Assembly (NCBI GenBank): GCA_021811535.1
Contig: JAJZOF010000020.1
Location: forward strand, 10,572 to 74,571
Reading direction: 5' to 3'
DNA: 64,000 nt
Origin: Candidatus Micrarchaeota archaeon
Lineage (GTDB): Archaea > Micrarchaeota > Micrarchaeia > Micrarchaeales > CABMGC01
The stretch's first letter is position 1. Every line of letters begins with the position of its first letter. Position numbers and translations under genes: made by a program. Below are positions 35,727 through 44,913 of this stretch, in pieces. The notes under the pieces are model-generated. The model was not told where the DNA came from. It did not search any database and was given only the letters and a program-made list of their open reading frames with translations.

Positions 35727-35792
35727 TTATTCACCGCTTTAGATGTTCCTGGGAAGGGTTAAAAGGGTTTACTCCAAATCAATTTTGGTTTT

Positions 35793-37313
35793 ATGCTTGG
35801 GGGGTTTACAGGAAGATTAGCACCTGCCTTTCCGGATAAGACAAAATTCGTGAACTTCAGCGGAAATCTCTCAATTGACGCTCTGCGCGGCAGGGTAGTG
35901 GTCCTTGATTTCTGGACCTATTGCTGCATAAACTGCATGCATATGGTCCCAGTGTTAAAGAAGGTAGAGGATAAATTCAGGGATAGTGGAGTTGTCTTCA
36001 TAGGCATACACTCTGCAAAGTTCGATGGGGAAAATGATGAGGCAAATGTAGCATATGCAATAGCAAAGTATGGAATCTCGCATCCAGTAGTACTAGACAA
36101 GGATCGCATGATATGGAAGGCATACTCCGTCAACGCATGGCCAACATTGGTTATCGTGGGCACCGATGGTATCATAAGGTACAGGAAGGCCGGCGAACAA
36201 TCGGAAGAAAAAATCGAGCAAGAAATCAGTAGGATAGAAAGAATGGGAAGGAAGCGCCACGTATACGGCAGGGGATCGGGCAGGATAAATTGGGTGATGA
36301 AGAGTGCAAAGAAGGGCGTTGGCTCCTTCCTGAAATTTCCTTCGAAGATCTCTTTCCGCAATGGCTCTGGCGGAATATTTGCATTGAGCGACTCTGGCAA
36401 CGGGCGTATCATCATAGGATGCATAAATGGGGATAACGCAAGGGTATCCGACATTGTAGGAAACGGAAGGTTTAATGGTAAGCCTATGGAAAGTGCATCT
36501 TTTGCCAAGCCGCAGGGGCTATGCTGGCTTCCTGACGGAAGGATTCTTGTCTCTGATACTGATAATCATAATCTAAAGGTCATATCCATAGGAAACAAAA
36601 AAAGCGTCCAGACTGTAGCTGGGACGGGGAAGAAAGGAGGATATGCTGGATTTGGAAGAAGGATGGAGAGCCTTAAAACGGATATAAATTCGCCGTGGGA
36701 CGTTGCATTCAGCGAGAGGGAGGGCTTGGCATTCATAGCCATGGCAGGGCTGCATCAGATATGGACGATGGATCTTGAAAAGGGTTATCTGGAGGTATTT
36801 GCAGGAAACGGCTACGAGAATCTTATCGATGACAAAAGGAGGCGTGCGGAGTTTGCACAGCCAAGCGGAATCTTTGCATGCGGGAAGACGGTATACACGG
36901 CAGATAGCGAGTCTTCATCAATAAGGAGTATCCCGCTTGATCTCGACTTCGTGAGTACTTTAATTGGCAGGGGACTTTTTGTTTATGGGGATGAAGAAGG
37001 CATGCTGCCTGATGCGCTGCTCCAGCATCCCATGGGGATTTGTAAGGAGGGCAGCAAGATTTACGTTGCAGATACATATAATGGTGCAGTAAAAGTTATA
37101 GATGAGTCGAGAAAAGAAGTGATTAGGCTGGTGGGGAAACCGCATGCAAAGTCCGAGTGCAGGTTTGGAGACAGGGAGTGCGATACCCTTGGACTTAATG
37201 AGCCTAACGACGTAAAATTTTATGGTGGTCAGCTATATATAACAGATACAAACAACCATATGCTTAGGGCCTTCGATCTTCGCAGGAAGGTGCTGAAGAC
37301 CGTAATCAAATAG
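35793..37313 (+). CDS. Thioredoxin-like (redoxin) domain fused to an NHL-repeat beta-propeller (NHLRC2-like)
   Basis: The N-terminal redoxin domain has a CxxC site (VVVLDFWTYCCINCMHMVP). It is followed by NHL-type repeats (PQGLCWLPDGRILVSDTDNHNLKVI, PWDVAF, PMGICKEGSKIYVADTYNGAVKVI, PNDVKFYGGQLYITDTNNHMLRAF). Confidence 0.75.
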   Translation: MLGGFTGRLAPAFPDKTKFVNFSGNLSIDALRGRVVVLDFWTYCCINCMHMVPVLKKVEDKFRDSGVVFIGIHSAKFDGENDEANVAYAIAKYGISHPVVLDKDRMIWKAYSVNAWPTLVIVGTDGIIRYRKAGEQSEEKIEQEISRIERMGRKRHVYGRGSGRINWVMKSAKKGVGSFLKFPSKISFRNGSGGIFALSDSGNGRIIIGCINGDNARVSDIVGNGRFNGKPMESASFAKPQGLCWLPDGRILVSDTDNHNLKVISIGNKKSVQTVAGTGKKGGYAGFGRRMESLKTDINSPWDVAFSEREGLAFIAMAGLHQIWTMDLEKGYLEVFAGNGYENLIDDKRRRAEFAQPSGIFACGKTVYTADSESSSIRSIPLDLDFVSTLIGRGLFVYGDEEGMLPDALLQHPMGICKEGSKIYVADTYNGAVKVIDESRKEVIRLVGKPHAKSECRFGDRECDTLGLNEPNDVKFYGGQLYITDTNNHMLRAFDLRRKVLKTVIK

Positions 37314-37321
37314 GTTTTCTT

Positions 37322-38239
37322 ATGGAATTTGCAGAGGAATTGGGTTTTCTTAAGGAGCAGGTGCTTTTCAAGGGGAAGATAGATGCTGGAAGGAGATTCA
37401 GGAATGTCGTTATTGCAGGAATGGGGGGCTCTGGTATAGTTGGGAAGATATTCAGCGAGATATACACGGAGAAGCCCGTAACACTTATAGACGGGTATAG
37501 CGTGCCTGCGCATCTATCCAGGGATACGCTCTTCGTTGCCGTAAGTTATTCTGGCAATACTGAAGAGACTATAAAGGCGGCAGAGCGCGCCATGCAGAAG
37601 GGATGCAGGGTTGTTACCATCTCTTCCGGGGGTGAACTTGGGGATTATGGCGACCAGAATATACATATACCTAGGTCCGATCTGCAGCCGAGATCCGCAA
37701 TAGGCTATATGCTTATGCCTTTCATGGAAGGCTTTGGGCTTGTTGATGCAGCAGATATTAAAGAGGCGCATAAGGTTGTAGAGAGCCTTGACCACAACAA
37801 TCAGGAATGCTTTGCACACGCAAAGAGGATATCCAGGAACAAGAAGATACCAGTGGTATACGGTGCGTACCCTTTCAGCAGCGTTGCGTACAGATGGAAG
37901 ACGCAGTTCAACGAAAACGCAAAGGTCATAGCGTATTGCAGCAGCTTTCCTGAGTTAAATCATAATGATACCATGGCTCTTGCGGAGACTTACAGGAAGG
38001 ATGAATTTTATATCATGGTATTTGACTCGGACAGGAAGGAGATAAAGAAGAGGATAGCTATAACTTCGAGGCTTACGCAGACAAAGTTCAATTTTATAGA
38101 ATTTAAAGGGAAGAGCCTTGCGGCGAGGCTCTTTTATATGATACATTACGGGGATTACTTATCATACCATCTTGGAAAGATGCGCGGGGTCGATCCTACG
38201 GATGTAAGACTTATAGAGGAATTGAAAAAGGCCCTGTAG
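37322..38239 (+). CDS. Bifunctional phosphoglucose/phosphomannose isomerase (SIS domain)
   Basis: VVIAGMGGSGIVGKI and VAVSYSGNTEETI are SIS motifs, and ELNHND fits the archaeal PGI/PMI family. Confidence 0.8.
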   Translation: MEFAEELGFLKEQVLFKGKIDAGRRFRNVVIAGMGGSGIVGKIFSEIYTEKPVTLIDGYSVPAHLSRDTLFVAVSYSGNTEETIKAAERAMQKGCRVVTISSGGELGDYGDQNIHIPRSDLQPRSAIGYMLMPFMEGFGLVDAADIKEAHKVVESLDHNNQECFAHAKRISRNKKIPVVYGAYPFSSVAYRWKTQFNENAKVIAYCSSFPELNHNDTMALAETYRKDEFYIMVFDSDRKEIKKRIAITSRLTQTKFNFIEFKGKSLAARLFYMIHYGDYLSYHLGKMRGVDPTDVRLIEELKKAL

Positions 38240-38319
38240 CAGCACAGGATAGCAGCATGGGATTGATTTTTATATTAATAATGTGTAATATCTATTGCGA
38301 TTGCTGATTGGTGTATTAT

Positions 38320-38634
38320 ATGATGGAATTAAACGAAGGAAATTTTGAAGGCAGCGTAATAAAGTCCAAGCTCCCTGTCGTTGTAGACTTCTGGGCTGAG
38401 TGGTGCGGTCCCTGCAGGATATTCTCCCCTGTCATAGAAAAGGTATCTAAAGCCTACGATGGTAAGGTAAATTTCGGAAAACTGAATGTTGATGAGAACA
38501 ACAAGATAGCACAGGAGTACAACATAATGAGCATACCTACAGTCCTGATTTTCGAAGGCGGAAAGGTTAAGTCAATGTCAGTAGGCGCTCTCCCTGAAGA
38601 TACGTTCAAGAAATGGCTCGACAAGAACCTGTAA
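38320..38634 (+). CDS. trxA: Thioredoxin
   Basis: The active site is VVDFWAEWCGPCRIF, with IPTVLIF downstream. The start is set at the ATG at 38320 rather than the track's TTG at 38308. Confidence 0.92.
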   Translation: MMELNEGNFEGSVIKSKLPVVVDFWAEWCGPCRIFSPVIEKVSKAYDGKVNFGKLNVDENNKIAQEYNIMSIPTVLIFEGGKVKSMSVGALPEDTFKKWLDKNL

Positions 38635-38646
38635 TGCGTTGTTGCG

Positions 38647-39924
38647 ATGCCCTTTGAGCTTGCGCGCGGTATGAGGGACTTCCCACCTAATGCAGCTATA
38701 ATGTCGAAGTCAATTGCGGAGAAGGTAGAGGCAGTATTCAAAAGGTTCGGGTTTTATCCCCTTAAGACACCTGCCTTGGAGAAGAGGGAGACCCTTCTGG
38801 CTAAGACTTATGGTGACGATGCGGAGAAGGAGATCTTCTTTCTTGACAACAGCGACCTCGGTCTCAGATATGACATGACAGTGCCGCTGGCAAGATACGT
38901 CTCCTCGGACAAGAGCCTCCAGATGCCCTTCAAGAGGTACCAGATAGGGGATATATGGAGGAGGGATGAGCCGCAGCATATGCGATACAGGGAATTCACG
39001 CAGGCGGATGTGGATATAGTAGGATGCGGTGCACCTGCGGCTGATGCAGAGGTAATAGCAGCAACGGCATTGGCTCTAGAAGAGGCAGGAGTCGGGGCAT
39101 ACGAGGTAAGGATGAATGACAGGAAGATGCTTGGCGGGCTTCTTGATTACTTCTCTATCCCTGAGAAGGATCATTCCCAGGCAATACGCATTATAGACAA
39201 GAAGGCGAAGATAGGAGGGGCTGCCGTAGCCGATGGAATCGCAGGCCTTGGCGTGGAGCGCGGGAAGGCTGAATCCATTGTGGCGTTTCTAGAAGGAAAT
39301 GGCGAGGGTGGAAGCACGCTGGAGAAGGTATCTGCCATGCTTCCTGGCCTGAAGGATGAGATAAAGACATTTTCAGATATAATGGAGCTGGTTGCAAGCT
39401 ATGGCATCGCAGGCCAGTTGAGATTTGATCCCTCGCTTGCCAGAGGACTTGATTATTATACTGGCGCGGTATGGGAATTTATCGCGATAAAGGACGGGAT
39501 TGCACTCCCAAGCCTTGGAGGGGGAGGGCGGTATGACAAGCTGATAGGAAGCTACTCGGGCAGGGATATTCCGGCAGTCGGATCTTCGATAGGTATAGAC
39601 AGGGTAGTGAGCATGCTCGGACTGGAGGCGCGCGAGAAGACTTATGCCAAGGTCATAGTTATACCTGTGACTAAAGATGAATTCAGGTACGCGCTTGGTA
39701 TTGCAAATAGGCTGAGGGCAGCTGGCATATGCACGGATCTTGCGATAATCGAGAGGAGCATCTCGAAGAATCTCGAGTATGCAAACGGGATGGGAATATC
39801 CAATGGTTTAATAATAGGTAAGAAGGAAATAGAGCTGAATAAGGTAAAGCTCAGGAACATGTCAAGCGGAACCGAGGAGCTCCTTGATCTACAGGACGCT
39901 ATAAGGAAGCTTGGCGGTGGTTAG
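38647..39924 (+). CDS. hisS: Histidine--tRNA ligase
   Basis: ARGMRDFPP, LRYDMTVPLARY, FKRYQIGDIWRRDEPQHMRYREFTQADVDIVG and GGGGRYDKL are present. Confidence 0.92.
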   Translation: MPFELARGMRDFPPNAAIMSKSIAEKVEAVFKRFGFYPLKTPALEKRETLLAKTYGDDAEKEIFFLDNSDLGLRYDMTVPLARYVSSDKSLQMPFKRYQIGDIWRRDEPQHMRYREFTQADVDIVGCGAPAADAEVIAATALALEEAGVGAYEVRMNDRKMLGGLLDYFSIPEKDHSQAIRIIDKKAKIGGAAVADGIAGLGVERGKAESIVAFLEGNGEGGSTLEKVSAMLPGLKDEIKTFSDIMELVASYGIAGQLRFDPSLARGLDYYTGAVWEFIAIKDGIALPSLGGGGRYDKLIGSYSGRDIPAVGSSIGIDRVVSMLGLEAREKTYAKVIVIPVTKDEFRYALGIANRLRAAGICTDLAIIERSISKNLEYANGMGISNGLIIGKKEIELNKVKLRNMSSGTEELLDLQDAIRKLGGG

Positions 39925-40431
39925 ATGGCGAGAAATAGCGAAGTTGATGAGGTAACCGAGAAGACCCTGCGTGCGGGAGGGGTGCTTGCAGTGCTTTATT
40001 TTGACATACACGGCAAGAACAAGGACGAACTTCAGCCGCTAATGGTGGACCTGATAAACAACAGGCTTCTCAAGACAAGGGGCGTTGTCTACTGCCATGG
40101 GAGCATAGAGTCGCCCATAGAGCTTGGTGATGGTTATTCCACTGCTGCAACCGTGGAGATATTGTTCAAGGACATAAAGGCGCTTGTGGAAGTATCGTTC
40201 AATTTCGCGCCTGTAGGGATAAACATACTCAAGCCTGAGAACGAATACGTAATCAAGATGCCTATGATGCAGTCGCTCATGCTTGATCTTGCGCAGATAT
40301 CGATTGAGTATTCAAATTACATACTTAGCAGGGTGCTTAATGAGGAAGAGTATAAGCGCATACAGGATAATATGAAGTCGCGCGAGGAGATAGGCAAGCA
40401 TATACTGGGAAAGACGGAGGGCAGCAGTTAA
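39925..40431 (+). CDS. Hypothetical protein
   Basis: 168-aa ORF that starts immediately after the hisS stop. I recognise no motif. Confidence 0.4.
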   Translation: MARNSEVDEVTEKTLRAGGVLAVLYFDIHGKNKDELQPLMVDLINNRLLKTRGVVYCHGSIESPIELGDGYSTAATVEILFKDIKALVEVSFNFAPVGINILKPENEYVIKMPMMQSLMLDLAQISIEYSNYILSRVLNEEEYKRIQDNMKSREEIGKHILGKTEGSS

Positions 40432-41534
40432 GCTACTATCTTCCTGCGCAGTATAAATCGCTTTATAATTTCTGTGGGCCTATCCATATCACCATAATCT
40501 CCAAGTATCCTGCCCGCGCCTGCTTTATTCAGCATCCTTATGACCATTCCCATCTCCCTCTCGCTGAGGGACCTGTACGCCCTGCTTATCATTGAGTGCA
40601 TCGCAAGATCCATCCTGTTCTTTCTCCTGAACCTGCTTTCGTAAGAGGAGAGCCTTGACCCGTGTATCATATGGTCCGCCACCGCCTCGCCGGCCATGAT
40701 CCCGCCCTGCGAACCGAATACTATGCCACCTCCTGTTGAGGCTTTCGTCTGGCCTGCGGCGTCGCCTGCGAGAAGCACATGATTTTTATCGTCTGCAATC
40801 TTCTGCCTGAGTCCTATGGGTATTATGCTTGCACCCTCCGAGATTATCTTTGCTCCTGATATTATTTCAGTGATTCCGTAATGGCTTATGAACCTGTCGA
40901 ATGCCCTCTTGCTGTTACCGTGCAAGGAGGATACGCCTACGCCGACCTCCAGGACATCTTTTCCGTTAGGACATACCCATGAGAATAACCCGGGGGAGAT
41001 GCTGTTGTCAAGGTATATGTCAACGCTCTCGGTATCCTGCGGCTCTGTATTGTATTCTACCCTGTATGTCAGGACATATCTCTTAACTGCGCCCATGCGG
41101 AATGTAGTTGCGACTTCTGATACAGCGCCGTCAGCGCCTATTATTATATCGTTCTTTGAGATTGCCATAAGTTCTGACGCGGAGAGCTTCCTGCCTGTTA
41201 TTATTGATACGCCTTCGCTTGCTGCCTCATCCATGCATATCTCGTTGAGAATTCCCCTGTCAAGCACCTTTGCTACTGGGGCCTTAGCCTTTACCTCCAA
41301 TACCGAATTACCTGCATGTATACGCGCTCCGGACAACGAGTTGGTGAGCGCCTTGGAGCAGTTAACCCCCAGACGCGAGAGCCCGTTTGCGGATACGATA
41401 CCTGAAGCCCTTATCGGATAGCCTGGCTTCTGCTTCTGGTCGTATATGGTTACATCTATCCCATATCTTGCTATGGTCTTTGCAGCCATTAACCCGGCAT
41501 TTCCGGCTCCTACAACATTGACTTTCCTTTGCAT
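40428..41534 (-). CDS. Geranylgeranyl reductase family protein (digeranylgeranylglycerophospholipid reductase-like)
   Basis: The FAD fold VNVVGAGNAGLMAAKTIARYGIDVTIYD and the family motif LLAGDAAGQTKASTGGGI are present. Confidence 0.85.
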   Translation of the reverse strand: MQRKVNVVGAGNAGLMAAKTIARYGIDVTIYDQKQKPGYPIRASGIVSANGLSRLGVNCSKALTNSLSGARIHAGNSVLEVKAKAPVAKVLDRGILNEICMDEAASEGVSIITGRKLSASELMAISKNDIIIGADGAVSEVATTFRMGAVKRYVLTYRVEYNTEPQDTESVDIYLDNSISPGLFSWVCPNGKDVLEVGVGVSSLHGNSKRAFDRFISHYGITEIISGAKIISEGASIIPIGLRQKIADDKNHVLLAGDAAGQTKASTGGGIVFGSQGGIMAGEAVADHMIHGSRLSSYESRFRRKNRMDLAMHSMISRAYRSLSEREMGMVIRMLNKAGAGRILGDYGDMDRPTEIIKRFILRRKIVA

Positions 41535-41746
41535 TGTAAAGCATCTTAGATAAATCAGTTTGTCTTGTTGCGCTTTATATTTAGAGCTTGTGCAATCATT
41601 AGGTTTTGGGGAGCAGTGCGCACGCTTGCTATATGATCGTAAATCATGTGCGTGCTGTTTTTGTGCGGCAATTTTTCACCACCGTTATATTTAGATAGCT
41701 ATTTAAAAATATATGCTGAAAAAGATATGTTATCAAGGTCTTTATA

Positions 41747-44700
41747 GTGCTATTTTTGGTAATACTATTTGGTATATTGGCTGTCATTGTGCCAGGCTTT
41801 CTCCTATCCTTTGCGCTGCTTGGGAAGACAAGAATGCCAAGGGTGGAGATATACTCGATAGGCGTAATATTCGGGCTCATCTTTCCGCCTACGCTGCAAT
41901 GGCTTGAGGCTTACCTGATACCTTATCTGCATTTCTTTTCGTATTCGATATGGCTGTACAACGCCAACGTAATACTTCTCTCTTTGATAGGTCTTGTGCT
42001 CTGCATTAAGCAGGGGGTGTTTGACCTAAACTCCGGGCTGGGCATGATAAAAGGCAGTGCAGGAGCAGGAGCTCTGCCTGCTGATCTCGACACCTCAAGC
42101 ATACACTCCGTGAGGAAGTGGATACATGAACACGGGGGCGAAGAAGGGGCTACTATGCTTGAGGAGCATAGGAAGAAGGAGAAGGAACTTGAGGATGAGC
42201 ATGCGCGCGAGATGGCTCTTCTCAAGGATTCGAGCGAGGAAGAGAGGAAGCGCGTCTCCGAGTCGCACAGGGAGGAGAAGAGACGCCTTGAGGAGCGTCA
42301 TCTTCACAGGGAGCTATCCTTTGTCAGGGATTCTCATGTAGGCAAGGCACATACTCACCGCAATAAGAAGCCTCTTCTGAGCACCAGCAACATAATAACT
42401 TTCCTTCTTGTGCTTCTTCTGATATTCACTTTTACCAGTCGTATGCTTAGTTTCGGGGTAGCGCCGAAATACTTCGAGTTTGACCCTTATTTTGATATGG
42501 TAAGCGCGCAGTACATACTTACTTATGGCTACCAGATACCATTTGACCATGCTGCATGGCCTTCTGTTGTGCAGGGAGTCAACCACAGGATACAGCCGCT
42601 CGTGCCTTATCTTGAGGTATACTGGTACGACCTTGCAAATACTAATTTCCACTACAAATATCTGAATAATACACTGCTGAGCCAAGTAAGCAGCCTTTAC
42701 CCTCCTCTTGTCGCCGCACTCCTTGTCTTTGTGGTATTCATCTTCATAAAGTATGATTACGGCGAGAAGGCAGCGATATTTGGCGCAACGCTTGTTGCCG
42801 CGATGCCGGTTATCTACCAGCCGTTTATAGCAGGTGAGCAGCTCCTTGAGCCGTGGGGCATATTCGCACTCTTCTTCTTCTTTGCCACTTACATTGTGGC
42901 GATAAGGAACATGAAGGAGAAGCGCTATGCGGTACTTGCAGGGATAGCGTTTGCATCAAACTTCCTTGGTGCACACTATTACTTTGTACCTGCCGCAATC
43001 ATAGGGCTTTACATATTCCTGCAGGGAGTAGTTAATCTCCTGAAGAACAAGGATAATACTGATTTCTACATTATGAACGCTATTGTAATATTGGTAATAA
43101 TAATATCGTACTTGCTTTATGCGCCGTATGGTGCGTCCCTTACAAACAGGACTCCGAGTGTGGCTGGTATACCTATAATAATAGCCATTCCTGTCTTTGC
43201 GCTTGTGGTTATATTCCTTCTGGATTACATACCCAGGACCGATGACCTGCCAAGAAGCGTAAGGAAATACACAGGAAGGCTCGTAAATATCAATGTCGCG
43301 GAGAAGGATCTCTTAATTACAAGGTTGGGGATCCTTGTAGTGATTGTAGTACTAGGCCTGCTCGTCACCTTCTTTACACCATTGGGTAAGCCCGTATTGA
43401 ATTATTTGAGCATAGGAGAGCACTTTACCACACCAAATACGCCGCTTTTCATGACGGTGCAGGAATACGCGCCAACCGGACTTAACTTCAACTTTGACAG
43501 CGCGGGCATGGGTTCTGTAGCGCTTCATCTGCCTGGTAATCTTCTGGTCCTTGGTGTACTGGCAATTTTCCTTGTCATCTCTGCAATGAACGTATTTTAC
43601 AAGAACTCGCAGACAAGCATACTTGCAGTATCCGTAATAGTCGTGCTTGCTTTTGCAGGGTTCAGCGAAGTCAAGTACCTTCCGCATTTTGCAGTAGGAT
43701 ATGCAATAGCGCTATCGGTAATAATTGGGGAGATAATAATCATAGCTGAGAGGGGGCTTAAGGATAAGATTTACGTTTATGCCACATACACTCTGATAGG
43801 TGTACTGGCCATGTCTGTATTCATACCTGTGCTGTATTCTGCATCTGCGGCTGCGCTTAACCCCAACTGCACTACTATACAGAATAGCAACAATCAGATT
43901 GGCGATTTCCTGTATTGCAATACCCTCTCCCCAAGCTGGATAGCTGCAACTGCTTGGATGAGGGCAAACGTCGGGCCCAATGCGCCGAGGATACTCTCGT
44001 GGTGGGATTACGGAGACTGGATCAACTGGTTCGGAAACAGCAACGCAGTGATAAGGGGCGACAATTCCGTGCCTACATATGATTACAAGGTTGCGGCACA
44101 GTATGTTCTTGGTCCTGCAGATGGGTACAACTATACGGAGCTTGCACATTTCATGGATTCGGCGCAGGCCGGATATGTCCTGTTTGACGACCAACTTGTA
44201 CCCAAGTGGGGTGCGCTTGATTTCCTTGCCTGTGTCGGGGTTAATGAGACTACAAGAGCCTTTGCGATAAGCGCAGGGCAGCAATACGGCCAGTCTTATG
44301 TGCTTGGGACTTCCAGATGCGAGCTTTCACATGACCCTTCCTACATAATGATACCTGAATCTGTCTTAACCAGCACAGGGTCCAGCATAGGCGATTATTG
44401 CTCGATCTCGAATAGCACAAACGTATACATAAAAGCCCTGCAGTTCACTGGCAGTTTCCCATTCGGGACCGTAGGAAATACCACCTATTGCATGCCTGAG
44501 TCATTCCTCTCTACTGGAGCGCCTGTACGTCTCTTTTACCAGAACGGCACCGAGACGAATATAGCAGTGTCTGATAGCTTCTTTGAGGGAGCAGTGCCTA
44601 CTAGCAATAACCAGACATTCTTAAGCTTCATGGCAATATACATGCCGAACGGGCCTAATGACACGATCACGGATGCGCCTTCCGAATTCTACCAGTCAAA

Positions 44701-44896
44701 TTACTATAGGGGATTCTTCCTTGGGAAGCTCCCTGGATTCACTTTGGTATATCCTTCGAACGTGACAGGAGTCAACTACGTGAATAACACAGGAAATCAT
44801 ATAATGATATTCAAGCTTGACAACTTCACTGGTACGCTCCCTTACGTAGTGCCGAAGCCGAGCTGGATACATAATAATTATTCCATTCCTGGATAA
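41747..44896 (+). CDS. aglB: Oligosaccharyltransferase AglB (STT3 family) with a long N-terminal extension
   Basis: 1049-aa ORF with a GTG start. It has the catalytic WWDYGDWI motif, an EFDPYFDMV first-loop acidic motif and many TM helices. The first ~215 aa (3 TM helices plus a charged His/Glu/Arg/Lys segment) precede the canonical TM1. Confidence 0.88.
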   Translation: MLFLVILFGILAVIVPGFLLSFALLGKTRMPRVEIYSIGVIFGLIFPPTLQWLEAYLIPYLHFFSYSIWLYNANVILLSLIGLVLCIKQGVFDLNSGLGMIKGSAGAGALPADLDTSSIHSVRKWIHEHGGEEGATMLEEHRKKEKELEDEHAREMALLKDSSEEERKRVSESHREEKRRLEERHLHRELSFVRDSHVGKAHTHRNKKPLLSTSNIITFLLVLLLIFTFTSRMLSFGVAPKYFEFDPYFDMVSAQYILTYGYQIPFDHAAWPSVVQGVNHRIQPLVPYLEVYWYDLANTNFHYKYLNNTLLSQVSSLYPPLVAALLVFVVFIFIKYDYGEKAAIFGATLVAAMPVIYQPFIAGEQLLEPWGIFALFFFFATYIVAIRNMKEKRYAVLAGIAFASNFLGAHYYFVPAAIIGLYIFLQGVVNLLKNKDNTDFYIMNAIVILVIIISYLLYAPYGASLTNRTPSVAGIPIIIAIPVFALVVIFLLDYIPRTDDLPRSVRKYTGRLVNINVAEKDLLITRLGILVVIVVLGLLVTFFTPLGKPVLNYLSIGEHFTTPNTPLFMTVQEYAPTGLNFNFDSAGMGSVALHLPGNLLVLGVLAIFLVISAMNVFYKNSQTSILAVSVIVVLAFAGFSEVKYLPHFAVGYAIALSVIIGEIIIIAERGLKDKIYVYATYTLIGVLAMSVFIPVLYSASAAALNPNCTTIQNSNNQIGDFLYCNTLSPSWIAATAWMRANVGPNAPRILSWWDYGDWINWFGNSNAVIRGDNSVPTYDYKVAAQYVLGPADGYNYTELAHFMDSAQAGYVLFDDQLVPKWGALDFLACVGVNETTRAFAISAGQQYGQSYVLGTSRCELSHDPSYIMIPESVLTSTGSSIGDYCSISNSTNVYIKALQFTGSFPFGTVGNTTYCMPESFLSTGAPVRLFYQNGTETNIAVSDSFFEGAVPTSNNQTFLSFMAIYMPNGPNDTITDAPSEFYQSNYYRGFFLGKLPGFTLVYPSNVTGVNYVNNTGNHIMIFKLDNFTGTLPYVVPKPSWIHNNYSIPG

Positions 44897-44913
44897 AGCG
44901 GGTCAGCGTTGAG

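Noticed and set aside
35398-35742. A 114-aa plus-strand Ala/Ser/Leu-rich ORF, and the 90-aa ORF at 35490..35762.
   Set aside because: They are antisense to the histone-fold ORF in a GC-rich, periodic low-complexity stretch that keeps several frames open. Only the minus-strand product shows a recognisable fold signature.
41598-41680. A GTGCGCAC palindrome and T-runs in the GGR/AglB divergent spacer.
   Set aside because: It is only an 8-mer palindrome with imperfect extension. It sits in a divergent promoter region where short palindromes are expected by chance.
43712-44284. A 190-aa minus-strand ORF, plus the ORFs at 42314..42685 and 43352..43687.
   Set aside because: They are antisense to AglB, which carries the WWDYG catalytic motif in this very region.
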